From Nitrososphaerota archaeon (GTDB lineage Archaea; Thermoproteota; Nitrososphaeria_A; Caldarchaeales; Calditenuaceae), in assembly GCA_033581555.1 (NCBI GenBank), contig JAVQSZ010000005.1, positions 32,001 through 96,000 on the forward strand: a stretch of 64,000 nucleotides of DNA, written 5' to 3'. The translations under genes were made by a program, and so were the position numbers. The number at the start of each line of letters is the position of its first letter. Within the stretch, counting starts at the first letter, position 1. Below the pieces are notes generated by a model, which saw nothing but the letters and a program-made list of their open reading frames with translations, made no database searches and was not told the DNA's origin. Shown in pieces: positions 39,569 through 49,307 of the stretch.

Positions 39569-40366
39569 TCAGATCACGTGCGGGAAGACGACGCCGTAAC
39601 CGTTCAGCCTCAGGTAGACCGAGAACGCCGCGAGGAAGAGGACCGTCGCGGTGAAGGCCGCGTCCCTGGCCCTGAACCTCAGGTCCAACAGGTAGCTCCT
39701 CTTCGCCGTCGGGACGAAACCCCTCGACTCAATCGCGAGCGGCAGCTCCCCGAACCTCCGCATCGTCGTGATGAAGAGCGGCACGATGACCGCCGCGGAG
39801 TTCCTCATCCTCGAGAAGACGTTGCCCTTGACCAGGTTGACGCCCCTCGCCCTCTGGGCAGCGAGAATCGTCAGTCCGTCACCGACCATCGCTGGGATGA
39901 ACCTGAAGACCGCGGAGACCCCGAAGGCCATCGAATAGGGCATCCCGAGCTTCGTCAGCGCGAGCTCCAAGTCCTCGATCCTCGAGGTGGTGAGGAGCAG
40001 GAGGCCCGAGAGGACCATCGCGACGAGCCTGAAGGCGACCGCGAGGGCGTACATCACCGACTCCTGCGTGAACGTTACCCCCGCGAGCTGAATGAGGACC
40101 GTCTCTCCGCCCCTCCTGAAGAGCGGCCAGAGGACCAGGCTCATGACTGCCAGCGAGACTAGCCCAAACCAGAACATCTTCAGCCTCGAGGCGACTCCAG
40201 ACGCAAGGACCATCGCGAGCACCGCAGCCAAGACGGTCCCCGTGTAGAGCGGGTGGTTGAAGACCGAGGACCAGACGAAGACGCAGACGACGAACGCGAT
40301 CTTCGCCCTAGGGTCGAGGGAGTGGAAGAAGCTCCGGCCCTCGACGTAAAGGATGTACTTCGTCAC
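39569..40366 (-). CDS. ecfT: ECF transporter T component
   Basis: LDPRAK, FRFIP, AQRARG, AIESRGF. Confidence 0.93.
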   Translation of the reverse strand: MTKYILYVEGRSFFHSLDPRAKIAFVVCVFVWSSVFNHPLYTGTVLAAVLAMVLASGVASRLKMFWFGLVSLAVMSLVLWPLFRRGGETVLIQLAGVTFTQESVMYALAVAFRLVAMVLSGLLLLTTSRIEDLELALTKLGMPYSMAFGVSAVFRFIPAMVGDGLTILAAQRARGVNLVKGNVFSRMRNSAAVIVPLFITTMRRFGELPLAIESRGFVPTAKRSYLLDLRFRARDAAFTATVLFLAAFSVYLRLNGYGVVFPHVI

Positions 40367-40367
40367 C

Positions 40368-42047
40368 TCAGCCCACCTCCACGTGCTCTAAGAACTCCCT
40401 CGGCGTGAGGAGCGTCACGCCCGCCACCCTCCTCGAGAGCTCGCAGGTCTCCGGCGGGAAGATGTCGTGCTGCGCCAGGAGCTCGGCGTTGGAGAAGGCG
40501 ACCCTCGTCGGAGCGTCGAGGACGATCCGGCCGTCGGCCATCATGACGGTCCTCGTGCAGTACTCGGCCACGACCCACATCTCGTGGGTTATGGTGATGA
40601 CCGTCGTCCCAGCCCTGTTCAGGTTGAGCACCGTGTTCATCAGGGCCCTCGTCTCGCCGGGCGAGAGGCCGGTCGTGGGCTCGTCGAGGATGACGACCCT
40701 TGGGTTCAGGGCCAGTATCGAGGCGACCGCGACCCTCTGCCTCTCGCCCTTCTGAAGGAAGAACGGGTCCTCGTTGAGGAGGCGCGTTATCCCCATCATC
40801 TCCGCGACCTCCCTAACCCTCCTGTCAACTTCGGCCTCGCTGAGGCCCCTTGCCCTGAGGCCGTACGCAAGCTCCTCGTAGACCGTCTGCGAGAATATCT
40901 GGTAGTCGGGGTTCTGGAAGATGTACCCGACGTCCTTAGCCCTCTCGGAGACGTCCTCCGCCGTCGCGTCCCTCCCGAAGATCCTCACCCTGCCCCTCTT
41001 CGGCCTCAGGATCCCCATGATCACCTGAGCGAGCGTAGTCTTCCCGCTCCCGTTCTGCCCGATCAGCGCCAGCATCTCTCCCTGGTGGACCCTGAAGTCA
41101 ACGCCCTTCAGGACCCAGTTCTGGCCATCGTAGGCGAACCAGACGTCCTCGAGCTCCACGGCGAGGCCGTCGCCCGGGGCAGGCCTCTCCTCCGGCGTCC
41201 TCACCCTCTTGACCCTAGGGAAGACCCGCAGGGCCTCGTCGAGCAGAACAGGGACCGAGTTGCTCCTGACCCTCATGTCCCAGCAGATCTCCGCGACCTC
41301 CGGCGGCTTCAGCCCAAGCGACCTGAGCTCCTCGACCATCCCTAGTACCTCCTTCGCATCCCCCTCCACCGCCACCTTGCCGTCGACCAAAAGGATGACC
41401 CTGTCTGCGAACTCCGCGACCTTCTCGAGGCGGTGGTCGACCAAGACCAGCGATTTGATCACCTCCTCGTCCAGCAGCCTCCTCATCACGTCGTAGACCT
41501 CCCTCTTCCCCCTCGGGTCGAGGTCGCTCGTGGCCTCGTCGAGTATCAGGACCGAGGGCTGCAGCGAGAGCAGCGAGGCTATCGCGAGCCTCTGCTTCTG
41601 CCCCCCACTGAGCGCGAACGAGTACCTCTTCTCTAAGCCCGTGAGCCCCACGAGGTCCAGGGCCCACTTGACCCTCCTCCTGATCTCCTCCCTCTCAAGT
41701 TGGAGGTTCTCCGGCCCGAAGGCGACCTCAAGCTCGACGGTCGTCCTGAAGAGCTGGACCTCGTAGTCCTGCATCACCATCGCGCAACTCTTGCTGATCT
41801 CCCCGACCCGCTTAGACGTCGTCACCTCCCCGTACACCCTCGCCTCTCCCCTGAAGTCGTCGTAGACGCCCATGTTAGGTATCAGGCCGGCCATCACCTT
41901 GCAAAGGGTCGTCTTGCCGGCGCCCGTGGGCCCGATGATCGCAACGACCTCGCCCTCCGAGACCTCAGCGCTGACGCCCTTTAGCGCGTAGTCGTTCGAG
42001 CCGCGGTACTTCACCCAGACGTCCCTTACCTCGACGGCCTTCACCAT
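40368..42047 (-). CDS. ecfA: ECF transporter fused double ATPase
   Basis: GPTGAGKT/LSGGQKQR and GQNGSGKT/FQNPD/LQKGERQR. Confidence 0.93.
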   Translation of the reverse strand: MVKAVEVRDVWVKYRGSNDYALKGVSAEVSEGEVVAIIGPTGAGKTTLCKVMAGLIPNMGVYDDFRGEARVYGEVTTSKRVGEISKSCAMVMQDYEVQLFRTTVELEVAFGPENLQLEREEIRRRVKWALDLVGLTGLEKRYSFALSGGQKQRLAIASLLSLQPSVLILDEATSDLDPRGKREVYDVMRRLLDEEVIKSLVLVDHRLEKVAEFADRVILLVDGKVAVEGDAKEVLGMVEELRSLGLKPPEVAEICWDMRVRSNSVPVLLDEALRVFPRVKRVRTPEERPAPGDGLAVELEDVWFAYDGQNWVLKGVDFRVHQGEMLALIGQNGSGKTTLAQVIMGILRPKRGRVRIFGRDATAEDVSERAKDVGYIFQNPDYQIFSQTVYEELAYGLRARGLSEAEVDRRVREVAEMMGITRLLNEDPFFLQKGERQRVAVASILALNPRVVILDEPTTGLSPGETRALMNTVLNLNRAGTTVITITHEMWVVAEYCTRTVMMADGRIVLDAPTRVAFSNAELLAQHDIFPPETCELSRRVAGVTLLTPREFLEHVEVG

Positions 42048-42131
42048 GGGACGGCCATCAATCCTCTCGCCCTAAAGATATACGCTGAGAGCTGACGGGT
42101 ACAGGTTGAGAGGGACCGAAAAATTCGGGCT

Positions 42132-42935
42132 TCAGTCCTTCGCCAGCAGCGCCATCCCGACCGCGAAGATAAGGATGAAGACGCCGCCAACCGTCAGGAG
42201 GGGCGCGCCCGCGAAGACCGGTGCGAACTGCAGCAGCGGCTGGCCTAGCCCCACACCGACCAGTATCGTGACCCAGGTGCCCACGACGCCCGCGACGAAG
42301 ACCAACGCGGTCCCGATCCTGTGATAGGACTTGACCTCCGACGGAGTGTACTGGTAACCCTTCATCACGTCGGTCCAGAGCCAGCCCGCCCTCTTCGCCC
42401 TCGGGTAGACGAGGGCCATCAGGATCGGGGCGATGATGCCCGCAGAGATCAACTCGTTGAAGAAGATGATGAACGCGAGGAAAGTGAACGGCACGAACCC
42501 GACCAGCTCGGTCCAGTAGGGGATTATCAGCGCGACGACTCCCGAGTGCACCAGTATCACGAACTCGTACTTCAGGAGGCTCGAGAGCGTCCTGCAGTGC
42601 GGCTCCTCCCTGAAGACCCTGTGCCAGATCTTGTAAGGCACGAGCCCGAGGAAGAAGTTCCCGATGAACCCGCCGATGCTCCCGATCGTCAGCGCCCCGC
42701 CCAATATGTCGAAGCCTATCAGGTTCCCCACGGCCGAGCCCCACGCAGCCGCCGGCCCGAAGAGCAGGCTGGTGAACGGAGGTATCGCGTTGCCAGGCCT
42801 TATCGCGGTGACGCCAGGAATGATCCATATCGGGAGCGCCGCGAAGACGAAGAGCAGCGCGGCGTAGAGTCCTGCGGAGACGACGAACGCCGTGATCATC
42901 TGCGTGTAGCGCCACATCGTGAAGATTTCCCTCAT
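42132..42935 (-). CDS. ECF S component, QueT-like family
   Basis: MREIFTMWRYT, IRPGNAIP, LFGPAAAWGSAVGNLIG; TTTTATA about 24 bp before ATG 42935. Confidence 0.8.
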   Translation of the reverse strand: MREIFTMWRYTQMITAFVVSAGLYAALLFVFAALPIWIIPGVTAIRPGNAIPPFTSLLFGPAAAWGSAVGNLIGFDILGGALTIGSIGGFIGNFFLGLVPYKIWHRVFREEPHCRTLSSLLKYEFVILVHSGVVALIIPYWTELVGFVPFTFLAFIIFFNELISAGIIAPILMALVYPRAKRAGWLWTDVMKGYQYTPSEVKSYHRIGTALVFVAGVVGTWVTILVGVGLGQPLLQFAPVFAGAPLLTVGGVFILIFAVGMALLAKD

Positions 42936-43190
42936 GACGTCCATGATCGCTCGACTCGGTATAAAACAGTTCCGACGCGTGGCTCGCCAAGTAAAATCAG
43001 CCCGAGGCGCAGAGACGCAACACGGCTTCGACACGCGACGGCCCGGTCGCGGTTGTTCGCCAGCTCTAATCTTAAATATGAAACAAAAGCTTTAAATCAA
43101 CGTCCCATGAGGATTTGAAGTGTGCGTATATGTAGTTTATATAATCTATATGCAATATTTAAATCTGAACCAAAAACCTCTATTACAGCC

Positions 43191-43394
43191 ATGGCGGTGG
43201 TGCAGAACCAGGTCAGGAAGGAGGAGAAGGTCGTCACGAGGAGGAGCTATGCGGCCGGCTACAGGTACTGCTCGAGGTGCAGGGTCTACCACCTGACCGA
43301 CAGCGTGAGGTGCCCATACTGCGGGATCCTCCTGAGGAACTCGCCTAGGAAGAAGAAGCCGGTGGACCCATCGAAGTACGTCAGGATCGAGTGA
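43191..43394 (+). CDS. Small basic zinc-ribbon protein
   Basis: CSRC...CPYCG...LR..PR; TATTTAAA about 28 bp upstream. Confidence 0.8.
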   Translation: MAVVQNQVRKEEKVVTRRSYAAGYRYCSRCRVYHLTDSVRCPYCGILLRNSPRKKKPVDPSKYVRIE

Positions 43395-43470
43395 GCTCAA
43401 GCTGAGCTGGGCGGCAACGGACCGAAGAGCCCGATAAGCTATTAGACGACCTGGGCCTCCCCCCAGCGGA

Positions 43471-44736
43471 GTGTGGGAGGAGGAGTACAAGCGGAGGTAC
43501 GTCTTCGCCGCCGATTACGGGACCAGCGACTACAAGTACGGGCCGATAACGCTCGGCGAGCGGCCGCAGGTCATCGAGAACAGGGGCTACTTCCCGGAGC
43601 CCTCGATCGTCTCGAGGATAATGGGCGTCGAGAGGGAGGTCGTCGTGGGCAAGGACGTCGTGCTCTTCCTCGAGAGCGGCGCGGACTTGCTGAGCAGGAT
43701 GGTTTACCCTATGAGGAGCGGGATCGTGGGCAAGGACGACGCGAGGGCATGGAAGGTGATAAGGGAGCTGACGAGGGCCTCACTGGAGGAGTTCAGGCCG
43801 AAGGGCGTGGGGTTCAACGGGTTTTACGTCGTCGCGGCGCTCTCCGCGGTCGCACCGAGGTACATGTACGAGCGGCTCTTCGAGGTCCACTCCGAGCTCG
43901 CGAAAGAGGGACTGGTCCACTCCTCGACGATCATACCGCAGCCCCTCGCCGTCGCCATCGCCCACAAGGCGACCTCATGCGTCGTCGTGGAGAGCGGGCA
44001 CGGAAACACCCAGGTCACGCCGATCTCGAGGGCCCCGATCAGGGGAGCAGTCGTGGCCCTGAACAGAGGAGGGGCCGACGCGAACGCGATTACCGCGGAG
44101 ATCCTCAAGGACGCGGGGTACGGCGACCTCGCGAAGGAGGAGGCGCTCGTGAGGAGGGTGAAGGAGCACCTCGGCCTGCTTCCGCTCGACTTGGACCGCG
44201 CGGTCTCCTTCGCGAGGTCGAACCCCTCCCTAGTCCATAAGGCGATCAAGGTCCCGGGGACCAGGATCAGGATCGACCTCGGAGAGAACTCTTGGGCGAG
44301 GTTCCTGATCGGCGAGTACGTCTTCGACCCGAACAAGGAGGTCTTCGAGAGCTACTTCAAGCGCGGGATGCCCAGGCCGAAGGACGTGAAGTTCGGCGAC
44401 ACGGTCTTCTACGGCACCACAACGGTGGCCGACGCGATCATCTCCGCGGTCGAGAAGTGCCCGGTGGAGCTCCAGCCTTACCTCTACTCGCAGATCATCC
44501 TCTCGGGAGGGAACCTTTCGTGGTCGGTCCCGCAGGAGCTGAGGGGCGTGGCCTCTGACGCGGCCGCCAGGGTCAAGAAGGACCTCTCGGAGAGGGGAGT
44601 GGAGAACGTCAACGTCAGGTCCTCCGAGGAGCCCCAGTTCACGGTCTGGAGGGGCTGCATAGTCTTCGGGTACTCGGTCCCCGCGAACTATGAGTGGTCC
44701 TGGGAGAGGATGGAGGGATGGATGAGGTTCAGGTGA
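43471..44736 (+). CDS. Crenactin (archaeal actin)
   Basis: ADYGTSDYKYGPIT, PQPLAVAIA, ESGHGNTQV, VALNRGG, RFLIGEYVFDP, QIILSGG, PQFTVWRG match Thermoproteales crenactin motifs. Confidence 0.93.
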   Translation: MWEEEYKRRYVFAADYGTSDYKYGPITLGERPQVIENRGYFPEPSIVSRIMGVEREVVVGKDVVLFLESGADLLSRMVYPMRSGIVGKDDARAWKVIRELTRASLEEFRPKGVGFNGFYVVAALSAVAPRYMYERLFEVHSELAKEGLVHSSTIIPQPLAVAIAHKATSCVVVESGHGNTQVTPISRAPIRGAVVALNRGGADANAITAEILKDAGYGDLAKEEALVRRVKEHLGLLPLDLDRAVSFARSNPSLVHKAIKVPGTRIRIDLGENSWARFLIGEYVFDPNKEVFESYFKRGMPRPKDVKFGDTVFYGTTTVADAIISAVEKCPVELQPYLYSQIILSGGNLSWSVPQELRGVASDAAARVKKDLSERGVENVNVRSSEEPQFTVWRGCIVFGYSVPANYEWSWERMEGWMRFR

Positions 44737-44742
44737 GGCCTT

Positions 44743-45786
44743 TTGGGGTGCGACGTGCTCTTCGACGTCCTTACACCGAAGCAAGCCCTCTTCTTCTGGG
44801 CCGTAGGCCGAGAGCTCGAGGCCCGAGGGATCGAGGTCTCCTACGTCGCTAGGGACTACGAGCAGCTGGACTGGGTCGAGCGCGAGCTTCGGCTCGGGGC
44901 CCTGAAGGTAGGGAGGTTCGGCGGGGAGGGGCTCGAGGGGAAGCTGGTCGCGAGCACCGAGAGGCAGGCGGCCCTCATCGATGTCCTCAAGGAGCTCAGA
45001 CCGAAGATCGCGGCCTCGAGCGGGTCGATCGAGCTCTGCAGGGTCGCCTACGGACTCGCGGTCAGGCACTACCTCGCCTCCGACACGCCCCACTCGCCGG
45101 TGAACAGGGTCTGCGTCCCGCTCTCCGACCTCGTCGCGACTCCCCGCTACATCCCAGTCTCGGAGTGGAGGAGGTGGGCAACTCCCTCGACCAGGTTCCT
45201 GAGGTACAGGGCCCTCGACCCGATCGCGTGGATCAGGAGGCTGGAGGGCCCGGTGAGTCGTAGTGCGGGGAGGAGGTACGTCCTCGTCAGGCCGCCGGAG
45301 AGGAAGGCGAGCTACCTCAGATCGGGTGGTCTGGAGGAGACCTCGGCGGTGATCCGGGCCCTCAGATCCAACTACGAAGGCGAGGTGCTGGTGGTCGCGA
45401 GGTACAGGGACGACGCCTCCCAACTCTCGGGGGTCTCCGGAGACCGGGTGAAGGTGTTGAACGAGCCGACGCTACTGCTGCCGCTGATCGCCGGCGCCGA
45501 CGCGGTCTTCTCGGGCGGCGGAACCACGGCCCAAGAGGCCGCACTGCTCGGCGTCCCTACATTCACCTTCTACCCCGGCGAGATACCTGCAGTCCACAGG
45601 TTCCTGATCAGGAGGGGGCTGCTGAAGGAGGTAGACCCTGAAAAGCGTTCGATTGCGGCGGCGATCGAGCTCGCGATGGAGTCCGGGTTCCGAAGGAGGC
45701 TGATGGAGAGGGCGAGGAGGCTGAGGGGCTCAATGGAGGACCCCGCTGAGGCCCTCGCGAACGCTATTGCGGCTGGACTGGAGTAG
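44743..45786 (+). CDS. DUF354-family protein (GT-B-like)
   Basis: DVLTPKQALFF, RVAYGL, DTPHS, GGGTTAQEAALLGVP. Confidence 0.85.
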   Translation: MGCDVLFDVLTPKQALFFWAVGRELEARGIEVSYVARDYEQLDWVERELRLGALKVGRFGGEGLEGKLVASTERQAALIDVLKELRPKIAASSGSIELCRVAYGLAVRHYLASDTPHSPVNRVCVPLSDLVATPRYIPVSEWRRWATPSTRFLRYRALDPIAWIRRLEGPVSRSAGRRYVLVRPPERKASYLRSGGLEETSAVIRALRSNYEGEVLVVARYRDDASQLSGVSGDRVKVLNEPTLLLPLIAGADAVFSGGGTTAQEAALLGVPTFTFYPGEIPAVHRFLIRRGLLKEVDPEKRSIAAAIELAMESGFRRRLMERARRLRGSMEDPAEALANAIAAGLE

Positions 45787-45828
45787 CTTGATGGACCGGC
45801 GACTCAGATGGCAGCCAGGTGGTAGGCG

Positions 45829-47139
45829 CTGAGGGTCTTCGCGGACCTGCAGATCCACTCGAGGTACTCGGGGGCCACGTCGACCAAGATGACCCTCGAC
45901 GAACTGGTCTACTACGCCGACCTCAAGGGAATAGACCTGATGGGGACCGGAGACGCCCTTCACCCGCTCTGGCTGAGGGAGCTGATCGAGAACACCGTGG
46001 AGGTCTCGCAGGGCGTCTACGCGTACAAAGGAGGAGGGAGGGTGAAGTTCGTCGCGCAGACGGAGGTCGCGACCGTCCACGACTACGCCGGGAGGACGCG
46101 GAAGATCCACCACGTGATCCTCATGCCGAGCCTCGAGGTCGCTGGCCAGCTCTCGGACGCGCTGAGGGGGTACGGGAACGTCGAGTCCGACGGGAGGCCA
46201 GTTCTGAACGTCAGGCCGAGCGAACTGGTCGAGGTCGTCCTTCAGACGGAACCCAGGTGCTACGTCTTCCCCGCACACGCCTGGACTCCCTGGTGGTCGA
46301 TCTTCGGGGCCTTCAGTGGCGTCGACGCGGTAGAGGAGTGCTACGAGGACAAGGCCGACCGGATCCATGCGATCGAGACCGGGTTGAGCAGCGACCCGCC
46401 GATGAACTGGAGGGTGAGCTCGCTCGATCGATACCTGCTGGTCAGCTCCTCTGACTCCCACAGCCCCTACCCCTATAGGATAGGGAGGGAGATGGTCGTC
46501 CTCGAGCTGAAGGACCTCTCATACGACGGCCTCTACGCCGCCCTCACCCGCTCCCCGGGCCCTTCGATGGCGGTCATGACGGTCGAGGTCCCCCCGAGCT
46601 ACGGGAAGTACCACTGGTCGGGACACAGGAGGTGCGGGGTGGGTCCGCTGAGCCCGAAGGAGGCGAAGAGGCTGAACTACGTCTGCCCGAGGTGCGGGAG
46701 GAGGCTCACGAAGGGCGTCGAGGACAGGGTCGAGGAGCTCGCCGACAGGCCTGAGGGTTACAGGCCGGAGGGCGCCCTAGACTTCGTCTACGTACTGCCG
46801 CTGCAAGAGCTGATCGCCCTGAGCAGGGGCGAGGACCCGAACGCGACCAACCTGATGTCCAAGGCGATATGGGGCGAGTACGTGAGGATGGTCGGGGCCT
46901 TCGGGAGCGAGATTCGGGCCCTCCTCGAGGCGCCAGTCGGGGAGATCGCGAGGCTCACCGACCCGGTACTCGCTCGGCTGATCGAGAGGATGAGGAGGAA
47001 CCAGCTAGAAGTCGTGCCCGGGTACGACGGCCTCTACGGAAGGGTCAAGCTGCCTGAGGGCATCGGCGCCAGCGCTAGGAAGATGACGCCGAAGTCCGAG
47101 GTCGGGAGGAGGCGCACTAAGACCCTCGACGAGTACTGA
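45829..47139 (+). CDS. Endonuclease Q (PHP domain plus Zn finger), probable CTG start
   Basis: ADLQIHSRYS, GTGD, PAHAWTPW, ETGLSSD, SDSHS, GKYH, CPRCG, GVEDRV, PGYDGLYG. Confidence 0.9.
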   Translation: MRVFADLQIHSRYSGATSTKMTLDELVYYADLKGIDLMGTGDALHPLWLRELIENTVEVSQGVYAYKGGGRVKFVAQTEVATVHDYAGRTRKIHHVILMPSLEVAGQLSDALRGYGNVESDGRPVLNVRPSELVEVVLQTEPRCYVFPAHAWTPWWSIFGAFSGVDAVEECYEDKADRIHAIETGLSSDPPMNWRVSSLDRYLLVSSSDSHSPYPYRIGREMVVLELKDLSYDGLYAALTRSPGPSMAVMTVEVPPSYGKYHWSGHRRCGVGPLSPKEAKRLNYVCPRCGRRLTKGVEDRVEELADRPEGYRPEGALDFVYVLPLQELIALSRGEDPNATNLMSKAIWGEYVRMVGAFGSEIRALLEAPVGEIARLTDPVLARLIERMRRNQLEVVPGYDGLYGRVKLPEGIGASARKMTPKSEVGRRRTKTLDEY

Positions 47140-47154
47140 CGGCAAACCCCGCGG

Positions 47155-49059
47155 TCAGGCGAGCCTAAGGGAGTCCAGGTTGTTCGGCGCGTAGACCGAG
47201 GCGCCGGGAACCACCTTCCTAGCTACCGGGTACATGGCCTGAATCGCCTCGGGCTCGCCGTGGATGAAGACGACGTTCTTAGGTCTGGTGGAGACCCGCT
47301 TGAGGTAGTTGATCAGCTGCTGCCTGCTCGAGTGGCCGGAGAAGCCATCGACCTTGTCGACCCTCATCCTCACGGTCAGGGCCTCGAACTTCCCCTCCTC
47401 GTTCATCACCTGGACCTCCCTCATCCCCTTCAGGATCTTCCTCCCCAGGGTCCCCTCGACCTGATAGCTGACGAACTGCAGCAGGTTCCGCTCGTCGCCG
47501 CAGAGCCTCCTGAAGTACGCCAGGACCGGACCTCCCTCCATCATGCCCGAGGTGGCGAGGATGATCGCGGGCTCCGTCGACTGGAGGACCTCCTCCCTCT
47601 GCTGGGGGCTCCTGACCAGCGTGAAGTAGTCGGAGAGGAAGACGTTCCCGACCTGTTCCATCTCGGCCTGGAGCTTGCCCGACATGTACTCGGGGAACAT
47701 CATGTGGATCGCGGTGGACTCGATGAGGAGGCCATCTAGGAAGACCGGGACTTCGGGGATCACCTTCTGCTCGAAGAGCCTCCTGATCACCAGCATGATC
47801 TCCTGAGCCCTCCCGACCGCCGGGACAGGTATCAGTACCTGACCTCCCTCACTCACGGTCTGGGATATCCTCTCGCCTAGCATCCTGACGCTCTCCTCCC
47901 TCGTGTATGGGACCGGAGTCGCGCCGTAGGTGCTCTCGAGGATCAGCGTCTCGACCCTCGGGAACTTCGTGACTGCGGGGCTCAGCATCTCGGTCTCCTC
48001 GTACTTGAAGTCGCCGGTGTAGACGACGTTGTGGAAGCCGTCGTCGACGTGAAGGTGCGCGATCGCGGATCCTATGATGTGGCCCGCGTTGTAGAAGGTC
48101 AGCCTCATGTCGGGGGTTATGTTGGTGACCACGCCGTACCTGAGCGTGACCGTGTACTGAGCGACGGTCCTGACGTCGTGCTCGGAGTATGGCGCGAACT
48201 CACCCTCTTTCCCTATTAGGTTGAGGTAGTCGAGGTGCTCCATGATCATCAAGGGCAGCGTCGGCTCCGTCATGTAGACCGGGCCCCTGTAACCGTACTT
48301 GAAGAGGAGCGGGAGGGCCCCGTGGTGGTCCATGTGTGAGTGCGTGACGACGACCGCGTCCAGCTCCTCGATCAGGTCTGGGTAGGAGTCGAACCTCGGG
48401 AAGACGTCGTGGATCCTGGTCGCGCCGGCGTTGATGCCCGCGTCGAGCAGGACCGTGCTCTCCTTAGTCTTGACCAGCAGGCAGGACCTCCCGACCTGCA
48501 TAGCTCCCCCGAGGAACGTGATGACGACCTCGCTGTCCTGGAAGAGCCTGTCCCTGAAGACCCTCTCGCCGATCGACCTGAGGATCTCTATCCGCTCGGG
48601 CCCGGCCCCGTAGATGTACCTGCTCACCTTCTCGACGGTCGTCGAGGTCATCGGCGGAGCCCTCCTCACCGTCACGACCCACCTCAACCTGTTCTCGAGT
48701 TCAGCCACGACGGCCTCGTCGATCGGGACCACCACGTCCTTCGTCTTGATGGTGACGATCACCTCTCCCAGCTCCTCGTCGATCCGGAGGCTGTACTGGT
48801 GGCCCGCGAACGCCTCCGCGACCGCGGCCTCCGCCTCCTCCTTCGGGGCCCTTATCGAAGGGTCGGGCCTGATCACGACCCTCTTCTTGATCATGCTCAC
48901 CAGCTCCCTCGCGATCCTGTTCCTGTCCGCGAAGACGTCGGGCCTGTCGGTGTAGATCGCGATCCTCGGCCCCTCATAGTCGATCTTGGTCGCGACGCGC
49001 TGCCCCTGACCCACCGTCGCTAGATAGCTTAAGATCTCGTCCCTGATCGAGCTAAACAT
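47155..49059 (-). CDS. fttA: aCPSF1/FttA beta-CASP ribonuclease (KH-MBL-beta-CASP), transcription termination factor
   Basis: YEGP, QVGRSC, THSHMDH, NAGHIIGS, YTGDF, ESTYG, VGRAQE, GFSGH, HGE. Confidence 0.95.
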   Translation of the reverse strand: MFSSIRDEILSYLATVGQGQRVATKIDYEGPRIAIYTDRPDVFADRNRIARELVSMIKKRVVIRPDPSIRAPKEEAEAAVAEAFAGHQYSLRIDEELGEVIVTIKTKDVVVPIDEAVVAELENRLRWVVTVRRAPPMTSTTVEKVSRYIYGAGPERIEILRSIGERVFRDRLFQDSEVVITFLGGAMQVGRSCLLVKTKESTVLLDAGINAGATRIHDVFPRFDSYPDLIEELDAVVVTHSHMDHHGALPLLFKYGYRGPVYMTEPTLPLMIMEHLDYLNLIGKEGEFAPYSEHDVRTVAQYTVTLRYGVVTNITPDMRLTFYNAGHIIGSAIAHLHVDDGFHNVVYTGDFKYEETEMLSPAVTKFPRVETLILESTYGATPVPYTREESVRMLGERISQTVSEGGQVLIPVPAVGRAQEIMLVIRRLFEQKVIPEVPVFLDGLLIESTAIHMMFPEYMSGKLQAEMEQVGNVFLSDYFTLVRSPQQREEVLQSTEPAIILATSGMMEGGPVLAYFRRLCGDERNLLQFVSYQVEGTLGRKILKGMREVQVMNEEGKFEALTVRMRVDKVDGFSGHSSRQQLINYLKRVSTRPKNVVFIHGEPEAIQAMYPVARKVVPGASVYAPNNLDSLRLA

Positions 49060-49307
49060 GAGCTTTCTTTCACCTTCTGGGCGACAGCCCTACCTGAACC
49101 CGCTCCGTCTTTATTTAAGTGTAAATCGTTCGGCATCCCGGCCCGCGTTGAGCTCGCACAACCGGTGCGCGCCCTCGCACACCACCTAAGCGACGGGCAG
49201 GACGCTGCAGAGTCGTCACGACACCCGCCGTATGACATACCAGTGACACCCTGGGTGCGCGCCTCGGGACGGTTTATCTTCAGGAGAGGTGTAAGAGGGG
49301 GACCGAG

